Of a stretch of DNA of 64,000 nt, positions 44,998 to 59,350 are shown piece after piece (position 1 is the first letter of the stretch; each line of letters starts with the position of its first letter). The position numbers were made by a program, and so were the translations under genes. Origin of the DNA: the human T2T-CHM13v2.0 reference genome, Homo sapiens. The notes beneath the pieces were generated by a model. That model saw only the letters and a list, made by a program, of their open reading frames with translations. It ran no database searches and was not told the DNA's origin. The stretch lies in NCBI RefSeq assembly GCF_009914755.1, contig NC_060934.1. One strand, given 5' to 3'.

Positions 44998-46383
44998 CAG
45001 TTCTTTAAATATCCTCCTCACCTGCCTTATAGTCTTGTTAACAGCAGTAAACCCAGTGCCTGGCACATGACGGGCACTGAATGTCTGGTGAATGGAGAGT
45101 AAATGACAAGCAAAGCCTCCCCCATCAACCTTAAAATAGCCCCTTGTCCATGCACCATAACTAAATGGCAATCTAATCCAGCTTGCCAAATAATCTTTCT
45201 TTCTTTCACTGATGGGGTACCGGAATTAGGGATATGAGATGGGTAAGACTGTCCATTCCTCTTCAGCACGTTTCCTAAGTACTTAGGGTGAGGGAAACTT
45301 CAGATGGGTCAGGCCCAGCCCTTCTTGAACTAGAAAGGAAAAGGGGAGAAAAATGGTTTGTTTCAAGAAGGAAAAGCAAAAATAGGCCATGATTAGACAA
45401 GGGAACTATACAAGGAAATGCAGCAAGGTCTCATGAGGTCATCCCAAGGCCACACTCGACCCCATGATGCACACAGAGGACATCCCACTCCACAGCAGCT
45501 TTCCCACCCCCGAGTGTGCCCCACAGCACACTAGCACCCATAGTCACCTTCTCTAGGCTGAAAGAAGAGTGACAACTCCCCCAGATAGCCGGGGACTTCT
45601 ACAAATGCCCAAAATCTAGATCTCACTTACCCAAACTCCCAACTCATTTCCTTAAAACACTTGCACACAGAATTCTGGAGGGAAGGGGCAGAAGGTAAGT
45701 TAGGAATAACATTAAGCCATATTCCTCATCTTTCCTCTTTCCATCAGGAGAGAAGTCTTCTACCCCTCCACCATTCCCAAAGAAAATCAGTAAAACTCTT
45801 TTCCACCTTTACTTGTGAGATTTTAAACAATTAACAGTCAAAGGAAAGATTCGATGAATGAATGAATGAATGACGGCGTCCATCCTCCCACATCAGGAAC
45901 AAGATTTCACATGTCAGTTTCTCAGAAGCGCAAATCAAGTCCATTTTTAACCACCCAAGGAAGGGGATCTCCAGTCCCCTGGGGTAGGAGATTGTGACAT
46001 TTCCTATTGGAGCTTCGTTTGACTTTTGCAGACAGAAACACATCACGACTCCTGAAGGAATGCCGATCATCAGAGCAGACTGCATGCATGACTCATTCAC
46101 TCACAGGCTACTACTGCACCGCAACACTCCCCTGAGCGTGTGTGCAGATTAAAGCGCCCCGAGTGTCAGGAACTGCAACAAAAATGCACCTGAGTGGACA
46201 CAGCCACAACTTCCTTCTTGTAGATTCTTCTAACTTCAAAATGTATTGCATCATCCTAATGATCAACCTACTTCTAAACGGTTGTCTCAAAGACCTCTAT
46301 TTTGCATATTAGAGAATTCAAAAGTCCAAAAATGTTACAAGAGGAAAATAAAAGTATGTAATGACAAAAGCGTCCAGTGGCCA

Positions 46384-46652
46384 AATCTGTGGCTAAAGAA
46401 CGATTTTATTTTAAAAGAACATACACACTCAACACAACTCACGATTCTCAGGAAAACCCTTATTTTACTTTCTCAGTGCAAGGTCTTTAAGAAGCCAGCA
46501 TGCACCCGGTTGTACAATCACTGCTATTCCTTGTTCCACAAACAAGAATTCCTTTCCATCACATATTTCTTATGAATCTCAGAACACAATGTTACCTTTA
46601 AAATATTTTTAAAGCTTAAAGATTTCATTTAAAGACAAAAGTCAATCCCAAA
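46384..46652 (+). repeat. Copy 2 of the dispersed direct duplication
   Basis: Shares ctttctcagtgc, atcactgctattccttg, tttccatcacata, atgaatctcagaac and aaatatttttaaagct with 43647-43900. Confidence 0.88.
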
Positions 46653-46928
46653 TGACTCCTGAATTCAAAAATATAGTCCATGAAACTTTTTTGTCAGCCC
46701 ATTCTTCCAAATAAAGTGGAAATTTACATTGTTTTTCCTGTTTCTTTCTTCTCCCTTCTGTACAGGTGGTTATATGCAAACCTATAAGAAAATATATTTC
46801 AAAACAACTTGTCCGTATTAATCTTGGATGTAAGTGGCATACCAATATTGTAGAATTATCATGATTAAATATATTTTAGGCTGATGTGGCTGGTCAGTAA
46901 TGCTCTCATTTACCACCCCACCCTCTTT

Positions 46929-46930
<2 letters not shown>

Positions 46931-46963
<33 letters not shown>
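46931..46963. repeat. (CA)n microsatellite
   Basis: Perfect CA run of about 16 units. Confidence 0.97.
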
Positions 46964-46972
<9 letters not shown>

Positions 46973-47686
46973 ATGGCTGCCAAGTCATAAATTAAGCAAA
47001 GATGCCTTCATCCTTAGGGTGTGTTTGGGTGGTGAGCATATGAGTGGTTTTTTTCTATATATTTTCAATTTTTTAATTAATATATAAAATTTTCTCATGA
47101 AAAGTTTTAAACCGGAAACCAGCAGCGCTAAGAAATCTTCTCTGGACAGGTAGCCCAGACACTATTTCAACTTAAAGCCACTTGGATAGATAGAATTTCC
47201 AAAGTGATGTTAGGAAAACGTGGCTGGAGGAGAAAACCGATGTACTTGATAGCAAGAAATCGCAAGTTTAAGAATGTGAAGTCCAACAGCCCTCATTCCG
47301 TTTTTCTTTGACCCCTCAAAATCGCACCCATCCTATCAAGTAACTTTGCTCCGCTGTCATTGCCTAAAATCTTTGGGAGGGAGGAAGGAAGCAGGCTTGG
47401 TACCTTGCAGCAGAGAATGAAATCTACAGTTTACCCTCTCAACCTAATTCCTCTTGCAGATTTCACAAGTGGTGGACACCATCCCCTACATAACACTAAC
47501 ACTTGGCCATACCCATCAGTGCCACCTCCAAGGGACCTAAAGATGCCTGGGGGAAATTACGGAACCCAAATTGAATTAGGACTCCTTGTGTGTGTTACAC
47601 CACCCCATATGCTGGGTTCACTGGAACAGGGGAGAAAGAGAAGAGGCAAAAGAGGAAAAGTTACTTGCAGACTGGAGTCAGTGTCA

Positions 47687-48640
47687 CGGCCACCGTCGGC
47701 GCGGGGCAAACCTCCCCGGCCCCAGCTTTGTCTGCCTGGCGGGGGCTGGCGTCGGGGCGCGACCCGGTCCACGCCGGGCGCCGCGGGGCGAGGGGCGCCG
47801 AGGGCGGGCATACGGCGCACACGGCCAGGCAGTGCACACCGCGCCGGGTAGGGCTCCCCCGCGGCAGCGCCGAGAAGGCAACAATGAGCCGGGCGGCCGC
47901 TGGGCCCCTTCCCCGCAGCGGCCCCCGCCTCCGCGGCGCCCCCCGCACGGCCCCGCCGCGTGCCCGCCCTGAGCCCCGGCACCTCCCGGGCGCCGCGCGG
48001 GGTGACCCGTGGTCCCCGTACGCCCGCTGCCCTCCCGCGCACGGGGACCCCCCACCCGCCCGGCCGCCCGCCCGCCGAGAGGGTCCCCGGAGCCGGGGTC
48101 GGGCAGGGCCGCCGCCCGCCTCCCCGCGCCCCTCGTCTTTGTGTGGAAAGTAAGTGCGGGAGGCGAACCTACCTCGGCGCGCGCACAAAGGCGCGCGGCT
48201 CCCTCCCAGCTCGCTCCCGGCGCCCGCGGCGGCGCCCAGCGGCCCGACTGCTCGGCGGCGGCCCGAGGCGGCGCGAGGGCGGCTCCGGGGGCGGCGGCCC
48301 GGCCCGCAAGCCAGTCCGGCGCAGGGCGGCTCTCGCTCCCCGCGGCCCCGCGCGTCCGAATTAAGCGGCGGGGCGGGGAGGGGCGGGGCGGCAAGGCCAC
48401 GCCCCCAACGCGCCCCGCCCTGGCAGCCCCGCCCCCGCCTTCCTTCCACGGCTCGCGCGCGTCGGGCGGAGATCCAGAAAGGCCGGGCATCCGCGCCGGG
48501 AGGGGCACCAGCCGGGGCTGCAGCGCTCGGCCTCCGGGACTCGGTGGGAGCGAGGGCTGGAGGGAAAGCGCGGCGGCCCCGGATGACCGGGAAAGTGGGA
48601 AGGCGGCCGCGTGGGTCACAGCCACAAAGCTCCGGGGCGC
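47687..48640. promoter_or_regulatory. CpG-island promoter
   Basis: About 950 bp of very high GC with unsuppressed CpG; Sp/KLF boxes ggggcgggg (48370-48388), gccacgccccc (~48396) and ccccgcccccgcc (~48427); a lone AT motif aattaa at 48359-48364. Confidence 0.95.
48173..48335 (-). other. Probable non-coding first exon of a large minus-strand gene (identity not recognised)
   Basis: Donor GAG|GTAGGT at 48173/48172; no ATG in the exon; GC boxes and a TTAATT motif about 30 nt upstream of the inferred start. The 5' end is an estimate. Confidence 0.7.
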
Positions 48641-48642
48641 TC

Positions 48643-48897
48643 ACTCTCCTTTTTTCTCACTCCCTCGTTCCCTCGCTCTCTCCCTCTACCTCTCTGTCTC
48701 TCTCACACACACATTCTCTCTTCTTTTATCTCTTTCTCTCTCCCTTAATCTCTTTCTCTCTCATTGTCTCTCTTTCTCTCATTCTCTCCCTCATTCTCAT
48801 TCTCTTTCATTCTTTCTCTCTCCTCTGTCTCATTCTTTCATTCTCTTTCTCTCTCTGTGCTCACCCCCATCTCTCTCTCTTATTCTGTCTCACACAC
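48643..48897. repeat. TC-rich polypyrimidine/polypurine low-complexity tract
   Basis: About 250 bp made mostly of (TC)n/TCAT units abutting the CpG island. Confidence 0.92.
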
Positions 48898-49699
48898 AAA
48901 GTACCCAAGAGCGTCTCGCTCCTGGGTGTCCGGGCTCCGTCTCCCCGGCAAGTCTGCGATGCTAAGAGGCCGTCCCCATAGAAATCCTGCCAGTTCCTCT
49001 TGGAAGAAAACGCAGACAGAATCAGGGAGGAAAAGGAGACATTTGTTGTAATTGTACAAATTTACGGTCAAGCCAGGACCCAAAACCCGGTGACCTGGAG
49101 ATTCACCCATTTTCCTCCCCTCCCTTCATCAAAGGGTAATTGGAAATTTAAATATGCAAGAAAGAAAGGGTTTATTCCGCCTCTTTGCTCTCTGATCTCC
49201 TTTTCTTCAGCTCTCTTACAAGTGCTTTTCTGGCCAACCCTAAGGCTCTGAGATTACAATCTACTTGAATCACAGCAGGTACAAAATCAGGGACTGAAAC
49301 AGTTATCGGTTTCAGCGTAGCAAAAAGGACAACAGGTTCGTGGATTTTAGATCAAAAGCTTTTTAACTGTCTTGGCAACAGATGACTAAGGGCTTATTTA
49401 TGGGGAAATTTTTCTGACTAAGACAGTTTGGGTCATAGTCATACTGAAAAGTCACATCAGTTACGGATTTTGGTAAACAAATTACTTATTCCAAAGATAC
49501 CTATCACACACCATGCTCTAAGCCACAGCCTGCCAGCCAAGTAAGGGTCTGGCCATCCCTGGGTCCCTGGAACCCACTGAGGGGTGGAATCCCTGCCAGA
49601 GAACTTAAAGAAACTCCTTCCCAGCTGAGGAAGCTGAATTCCATGAACTTTATACATGGTGTTTCCTATGATTCTTCCTTCTCTCTCGTCCTTGAGTTG

Positions 49700-50420
49700 T
49701 GTTTCTGTTCTTGACAATGGCTCCACCAGTCACCAAACCAAAACCTAGGATCCAGCCTAAACTCTCTCCCTCCCCACATTGGCATCAACTCCAAGGTTTG
49801 TGCAGTGTGCACAATTCCTGGCTATCTCCCTCCCCCTCTGCTGGCACCGCCACTGTTGCCTTTGGGCTCAGTCACAATATGGTGGCAGGGGTTTCCTAAC
49901 TGGCCCCAGCCTCTGGTCTAACACATGCTTTTCCTCTCAACTTTCTGGGGTGCAAGTGAACTTTCCAGGTGCAAGATGCTCAGTTTCCTCCTCTGCTTGA
50001 AACACTTTAGTGGATGCCTGCTTCCTGCTACATGATCAAGTCGAAGCTCCCCAGCAAACATCCAAGGCTCCACTCAGCCAGAGTGCCGTATTTGCTAAGT
50101 GGCCCTGCTCTGTGATGAAGACTGGATGAAATAATGAATATATGGCCTTGTCATGCTCTTCCACGGGCTTCCCCTCTGCCTAGCAGACCTTCACCAATCC
50201 CCAAGAGCTCCTCTCCTCTCTGAGAATCAGTCTTCTCTGGAAACCCTTTCCTGACCTGCTCACACTAAATGGATCTTTTCTGCCCCTCCCATACCCGACA
50301 TGGTATTGGCGTTATTGCACTGTATCGTAAATATGTGCCTCTGTGAGCCCAGAGTTTATGCTTGACATATATACATATCTTTATACCCTCTTGCCTAATG
50401 TAATATCTGGCATATGGGAA
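49700..50420 (+). mobile_element. LINE-2 fragments
   Basis: acaatggctccaccagtcaccaaaccaaaacctagg, ctctgcttgaaacactttagtggatgcc, tctggaaaccctttcctgacc. Boundaries approximate. Confidence 0.55.
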
Positions 50421-50421
50421 G

Positions 50422-50882
50422 TGTTATGGACTAAACTGTGTACCACATACCCCTATAATTCATATGTTGAAGCCCTAACCTCCAATGTGACTGTATTTGG
50501 AGACAGGACCTATAGGGAGGTAATTAAGGTTAAACAAGGTCATAAGGGTGGGACCCTAAGCTCATAGGTCTGGTGGCCTTATATAAGGAGGCAGAGACAC
50601 CAGATCCCTCCTTCCTTCTCTCTTCCTCTCTCCCTCCCTCCTTCCCCTCTGTCCCTTTCCCCACTCTCTCTTTCTCTGCCCAAACACAGAGAAGAGGCCA
50701 CATGAAGACACAATGAAAAGGCCGCCAACTGCAAGCCAGAAAGAGAGGCCTCACCAGAAACCAACCCTACTGCCATCTTGATCTTGGACTTCCAGCCTTC
50801 AGAACTGTGGGAAAATGAAATGTCTTGTTTAAGCCACTCAGTCTAGGGTATTCTGTTACAGCAGCCCCATCAGATGAATAGA
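50422..50882 (+). mobile_element. MaLR solo LTR (MLT1A0-like)
   Basis: tgttatggactaaactgtgt start; catcttgatcttggacttccagccttcagaactgtg; internal CT-rich expansion. Confidence 0.85.
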
Positions 50883-51263
50883 AAAAGCATGCACTGGATT
50901 CGAGATTCTAACCAAAGATGCATTGGATTCAAGATTCTAAATCCCATCCCAGCAGTGAGCCTGACTTCTCCATACAAAGTAGCCTGGACAAACATCTGTG
51001 ATGCAAGGCCACAGGCAGAGTGTGTGAATGTGATAAGTGACCACGGTCTTTTCCCTGCCCCGTGAGAGAAATAGAAACAAAGGCTCGTTCCATACTCTGG
51101 GGTATAAATGCCTACAGGCTCAAAGTCACGATGCTACCTTTTGCACCAGGTACCATAATTTCTTTTAAACCAAAAACAAATAAGAGCAAATATTTACTTT
51201 GAATTTATTAATTCAAATAAAAGACAGGAGGCCAGTATCAATATATTAAATCTGCTCTTTTAG

Positions 51264-52240
51264 GCTGAATATCTCACATCCCTAGGGAATCTTAGTGGGA
51301 TTTTAATTCAGGTAAGATCAAGTATCCAATTTGGTTTGGGACCCCTGGAGCCACTGTGGGGGGATCCCAGGAAATAAAAACTCAAAGGTTATGAGCTATG
51401 GTGATATTTCCATTTGTATCCATACCATCCACCACAGTGTCTGCAACATATCACTCTGTGGGTGATAGATGCTTGTTGAATGAATAAGCCTCGTACTTCC
51501 CAGGGTTATAACAGGCAACACCAGACCCTCAGCCCGAGTCTGATATACTGTAGATTTCACATTCTGAATGTAGACAGGACTCTGGAAAAAGTCAAGGGAA
51601 CTAGTGGCCTAAATAGCCTGCTGGGCTGTATTTAAGATTTTGTTCTGGGGCTGACACAGTTTATCAGGTGGCTTAGAGGGTCTTTACTGATTTGCTTTCA
51701 ATACAAATACTGATTTCCCTTACATTACAAAGGGAACACTCCGCTGAATGGTTTCTGAGTCATTTAACCCATCACTGGTGATAGATTCTCTGATCTTGCA
51801 TTACTGGAAAACATACATAATAATTTTCCATTTCAGAGCAGCAACCTACAGGGTCACCCATATACTCCACTATGACCTCATCCTTTAGCTTGGACATCTG
51901 GAGATCTTGCAAATTCATCCCTAAGGAAAATCGAACAAAGCAGAAATGACTATTTGGGGACGTAAAATGATACAAAGCAAATCAATCTGGAATAAGACGT
52001 GTTGCTTTTTTATTGTCTACTTTGGTCATTTTGTTCATGCGTAATCTTAAAATTGTTACTTTACACCCAAACCACCATGCTGAAGAGCTCCAAAGAGATG
52101 AGAAAAACTTAACAATGCCCTCAAGGAGGGAAATTTGTTTTGACATGTATACTCTTTTGTATCTTAAATTTTGCACTGTGTACGTGGACATTTGAATCGT
52201 AATCCATTCAAAAAGAAATAAAATCTTAATTTTAAAATCC
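51264..52240 (+). ncRNA. Candidate internal (51264-51311) and terminal (51837-~52240) exons of a plus-strand lncRNA
   Basis: tctgctcttttag|G...CAG|gtaaga; ttttccatttcag|A...AATAAA at 52217-52222. Motif-based only. Confidence 0.35.
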
Positions 52241-52266
52241 TATTTTTAAGCCACGCTCTCTCATTC

Positions 52267-52822
52267 TGTGTCAATTATCTATGACTGTATAACACATCGC
52301 CTCAAAACTTTAGTGGCTTAAAATAAAAACACATGCTTTGCTCACAATACTGTGGGTTGGCAATTTGGACAAGGCTCAGCTGCGATATCTTATTTCTGCC
52401 CCATGTGGCATTAGCTTGGCTCTGTCATGTGTTTGCAGTCAACTGGGAGGTTGGCCAGGGACTGGCTTTCCCTGGGTGGTCTCAAAGTCCAGAAGTTGAT
52501 GGCAGCTGTCAGCTCAGGCATCTCAGATCCACTTGTATGGCCTCTCAGCAGGCTAGATAGGACTTCCTCACACAACAGCCCCGTCCAGGAGGGCGAAAGA
52601 GGAAGTGGTAAGGCCCCTGGAGCTCTAGCGTTATGGGTCTAGAAGAATGATAGAAGTCTGTACATTCTACCATTAAAAATGTCACAAGGTCAGCCCAAAT
52701 CCAAGATTTGGAGAAAGAGACCCCCCTTGATGGTAGAAGCAGTAGTCATATTGCAACAGGGCTTGAGTGCTGTACTAGGAGAGGAGGAATTCTTGTGACC
52801 ATCCTTGCAAATAATCTTCCTC
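52267..52822 (-). mobile_element. Old MaLR LTR (MLT1H/I-like)
   Basis: ctcaaaactttagtggcttaaaata...tgctcacaatactgtgggtt...gtcacaaggtcagcccaaatccaag. Confidence 0.7.
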
Positions 52823-53116
52823 TGAATCAGACATGAGGAACTACAGAATGGAGGGCAAAGTAACAGGTGCTAACAATAGTCTCAAGGGAAATCTTTCTGA
52901 TGATAAGACAAAAGCACTTTGGTATTCAACATAAAACCCACAAAGACAGATACAATACATTGGTATTGGCCTCATGGCCTCAATTGATAGGTCAAAGAAA
53001 ATAGTTAATTTCTGCTTATTTGTTTTTGGTTTAAATAAGAAAAAGATGGGGGAAAGAAAAAACAACAAACGCTTTGGGACTATAATGCAACTAAGGTGCA
53101 TTGGGTTCTAAATCAG

Positions 53117-53731
53117 TGTTTTAGATACCTATTGCTGCATAACATCTTACCATAGACTTAGTGGCTTATAACACCCACATATTGACTCGTCCTTTTTTTA
53201 GTCCAGAAATGGCATGACTGGGGTCTATGCTGAAGGCCTCCCAAAGCCAAAATCAAGATCTTGGCAGGGCTCATAGTTCATCTTGTCTGGAGCTCAAGGT
53301 CCTCTTCTAAGGTCATTCAGATTGCTGGCAGAATTCAGTTCTTTGTGGTTATAGGACTGAGGACCCAGTTTCTTTGCTGGCTGTCAGCTGAGAGCTACTC
53401 TCAGCTGCTAAAGGCTAAAGGCTGCCCAGAAACCTCATCATGTGGCCCTCCCCATCTTCCAGTCAGCAGTGTCTCAGCAAATCCTTCTATGCTTCCAATC
53501 TCTGACTTGGCCATCTAGGGCTCTAGACTCAGACTTAAAGTGCTCATGTGATTAGGTCAGGCACACCCAGATCATCTTCCTATCTTGACAGGTAACTGAC
53601 TTGAGACCTTCCTTACATCTGCAAAATCCCATCACAGCAATAGCTAGATTAGGGTATGACTGAATAACTGGAGAAGTTGTGTGTATACCAGAGGCCAGGA
53701 ATTGTGGAGGCTATCTTAGAATTCTATGACA
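53117..53731 (-). mobile_element. MaLR LTR (MLT1E/F-like)
   Basis: ctattgctgcataaca...cttagtggctta...tggcagaattcagttctttgtggtt...ggctatcttagaattct. Confidence 0.75.
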
Positions 53732-53994
53732 GATGGAAGGACAGGCAAACAGACAGATGCTCTTTAATATAAACATAGAATGTGAGGGCAGGCAGAAGGT
53801 GGAAACCTTGGAGAGGTATCACATGCAGAGCTCAGCAGTAAACCAGGAACCAGGCCTAAGAAGGAATTCTTATTGAGTAATAACCGAATTCCCACATGGT
53901 CCGTTCAGTGGTTACCAAGTCTTCATTGACCCCTGATGACCTGAATACTGAAAACAATAGGGAAAGGAAAACGAAGTTAAGAATATGGCATCTA

Positions 53995-54317
<323 letters not shown>

Positions 54318-55413
54318 TTAAATAGCATAATCATGTAAATATAACAGAAGTCCCTTTATTTTGCTTAACTGTTTTGCACAATTGTTGTATGACGTTAATG
54401 TAATATTCCATAACTCAGGAAGATAATGCCTTTCAATAAAGAGACTTAGAGAACTCATTTGTGGAAAATCTTTGTGAAAAGTTGTGTGGTTTGCCAAGCA
54501 AATATAGCACATGCATACCTTTTTAAATTAATAGTACTTAGGAAGGATCAAAATGATATGCCCAAATCTGAAAGAACATGCTAGAAACCAGATGATAAGC
54601 TGTTTCATTAAAAGAGCCTCTGTGCATGAGCATTTGTGATCACAGGAATGGAATTACTTCATTAAATATGCTAACAGCACCAACAGTAAAGATGAGTATT
54701 GTCCCCTGCAGTAGTTATCCACTACAAAAGCATTTTGCAAGCTCCAAAACAGAGCTGTATTTCATAATGTAACTGAGTACTTTGCCAATTCTAGAGAGTT
54801 TAAAAATTCAGGAGAGTTTTATTTTCCAAACATTTAATATATGTACTGCCTAAAACACTTAATTTCGTTTTTAAAGAACACTTGCTTTTCATTGTTCACA
54901 ATTTTAAAATCAAAGGGACTCTATGAAATGGTGGTTCTAACTTGTAACTGCACATCGCGAAGAATCGAGAGAAACAGCTGTTACTCACATAAACGACTAC
55001 TGAATGATGCAAAGATCTGCATTTTACGTTTTTTTCTTTACATGAATCCAAAACCAGAAAAAAGGATTTCCTGAGAGTCTTCCTGTGTATTAAAACTAAA
55101 ATCTCTAAATAGCAAAGAGAGGGGAACAAAATCCTTAAGCGCTCATCCTGTCAAAAATATTAAGGTAACTTAATGGTCAACACTAATGAGTAAACAAACC
55201 ATCTCTGCAATTAAGCAATATGAAGATAATTTCTGTAAATTTCCTAATTCAAATAACTGACATACAATACAAATGGCCAAATTTCTGTGAACATTCTACA
55301 GTTTGCTCCAACTTTTTTTTCTTCTTTCTGATATTCGCTCTAGATACAGACATTTCCATTAGCGGGAAGTATCCTTTGGAATGCTTATATTATTAATAAC
55401 TAGTTGAATGCCA

Positions 55414-55417
<4 letters not shown>

Positions 55418-55450
<33 letters not shown>
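55418..55450. repeat. (TA)n microsatellite
   Basis: Perfect TA run. Confidence 0.96.
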
Positions 55451-55453
<3 letters not shown>

Positions 55454-56875
55454 CCTAACTTCTATTAATTGCAATAAAATAAGTTCATGGAAGAATGGAA
55501 GGAAGGCTAGGCTAGGACTAAAGAGATCTGCCTGGTGACCTCGGATAAGAAACTTATCCAAAGCTTCAGTTTCCTCTGGACTTAACAGTAAATGAATTCA
55601 TAGTTATTTCTGTAGTCCAGAAGTGGCACGGCTGCATTCTCTGCTGAAGGCCTCCCAAAATCAAAATCAAGATCTTGGCAGGGCTCATAGTTCATCTCGT
55701 CTGGAGCTCAAGGTCCTCTTCTAAGCTCATTCATTTATAAATATGTATAAAAATATATATGCATAAATTTTTCCTTGCTAGTTATTAGCTGGGAGTCACT
55801 CTCAGCCACCAAATACATATATTTATATATTTATATCCTCATACATATAAAACATTTATATGTCCTTATACATGTGTGTATATGTGTATGTGTGTGTATG
55901 TATGAGTATAAATATATATACATGTTATATACATAAGTCCTTATTTATATAAAAAGTTCCAGCTTTAGTTGTTGTGCTCCCCAGGCTTGTCTGGAAGAGA
56001 GAGCTGTGTGATCCACTCCAATCTTAGAAGTAAAGTTCAAACTGCAGCTAATGTTAAATCGTGCCAGAGAAGGTTTACTTATTAACTCTGCTTAGAGAAG
56101 TGTGTGACCCACACATTTGAACTGCTAATGATTACTGGACTTTTAAAACTGCTGTTCAAGTAATAACATTCTTCTATTTGTTCCACCAAATTTAACATGA
56201 ACTAAAATCCTAACTAATGTTAGTGTTAGCTGGATAATATTAATAAAAGTTGGAACTTTATAAGGAAAAAGAGAGAATGAATGCATGATGGAAGGACAGA
56301 GTCCTTGGGCAGCTGAGGGCAGTTTCTGGAAAGGTTTTGCAATTCTCCTTGTTCGTCTCTCAGTTGCCATCAGCACTCAGAACAACCTGCCCTGTCCTTC
56401 CTTACTTACCCTGTCCAAGATTCCAGCTTGTTCTGGTGGCCTCCTTTTTCTAAGTCCACAGCTAACACACATTGCAGGAAACTGTACTTTGACAGGCACC
56501 TGCTTTTCTCAGCTCATTTCTCTCTGCAACAATTGCTTCAGCCATTTGCTATCATTTGTATCATTTCATACACAAATAATTACAAGGACAAAATAAAGAA
56601 ATACAAAGATATGATAGAACTGTCCTTGTCTTTGACAGACCAAAGAAAATAACAGACCTTTGTCCAAAATGATAAGTGACAGGCTGAGAGACAAAGACAC
56701 ACAGAGAAAGAACAAGTAAAAAAGACTGGGAATAAAAATGGAGACATAACTGTAGATACCCCAAAACTAAAAACAGCATACAAAACCATGATGAGCAACT
56801 TTGTCTGGAAATGCAGATGAAATAAAAATTCCTAGAAAAATACAAGTCGCTACAAAGTGACTCAGGATGAAATAG

Positions 56876-57205
<330 letters not shown>

Positions 57206-57770
57206 TGAATTGAATTGGCAATTGAAATGTTATCATAGAACAATAGAAACCTAGTGGTACGGAAATTGATTTTAAGAATGATTTGCTCATGACCATTCTT
57301 AGCTTGATTTGGAGAGATTCATAATCTTTTAAAAGACAGTTTATCCATGTGACTAATGAAAAGCAGAACTTCTCTTCTTACTCAGAACTTCCTTACTTAC
57401 CCCATGCCTCCTTACTAACCTGACAGTTTTTTCACTGCACAAACTTCAAGATAATCTTAATTTCCTCACTTACGCCCTACATCTACTTTGGCGACAAAAC
57501 CAAGACATTGCTTTCTCTGTCATTTCTCTCAAATCTACATTTTTCTCTCCATCTCTATCAAATTCTGCCTGGCCCACAGACACACAATCCTCAGAGTGCA
57601 TATCCACTAATACTGCTTTCCTTCCGTCTGCCCCACACAAGCATACACTATGACTCAAGTCATCTCACAAACAGGCCACATCAGCTAGGCTAATCTAGTA
57701 AAACAAATTATACAACGCTTTTCCCTCAAAGCTGGACGACTGGCTTTTCTTTTATTAAAATTCAAAGTCA

Positions 57771-58095
<325 letters not shown>

Positions 58096-58311
58096 CTAAA
58101 CAGTCGTTGTCCTGGGAGGTTCACAGATCACATGAGGTCCTGTGGGCTCTTAGAGGCTCTGAGCACGATCAGAAGCCATCAGTGTGTGTGTGATACTGAA
58201 AGCCAGGAGCCTGCATTCACCACCAAGGGAGAAACTGAGGCCTGTGCCCAGGGCGCTCTGGCATTTAGTGGTCGGGGAGCTGCTGGGAACTGGCAAAAGA
58301 GACAGAGAAGG

Positions 58312-58665
<354 letters not shown>

Positions 58666-58834
58666 CTATGAATGAAACCTGGAAACCAAGTGAGACCAGG
58701 GTTTCAAGCAGGAGAGGATGTGATGGGCACCTTTGTGAAACGCTGCTACCAGGTTACACGAGACAGGGACTGTTTACCAACCCAAGAATCACTCGGGGAG
58801 CAGCAGGGATGAAGACCTGGCTGGAGTGGCTTCA

Positions 58835-59350
<516 letters not shown>

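Noticed and set aside
48173-48335. Naming the host gene
   Set aside because: No coding exon lies in the window and many genes share this architecture. I do not reliably recognise the exon; BLAT of 48173-48335 would be decisive.
47360-48981. Long ORFs (128-327 aa) on both strands of the CpG island
   Set aside because: Ala/Arg/Gly/Pro-rich products overlapping in most frames are expected from stop-codon scarcity in GC-rich and TC-rich DNA; no recognisable domain.
50889-50940. 29-bp-period doublet atgca.tggattc.agattctaa (similar short slips at 1165-1207 and 31235-31295)
   Set aside because: Ordinary small tandem duplications with no sign of function.
51772-52195. Protein-looking short ORFs (e.g. 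MNLQDLQMSKLKDEVIVEYMGD) as a possible pseudogene
   Set aside because: No family recognised and no polyA tail or TSD; better explained as non-coding unique sequence. BLASTX would settle it.
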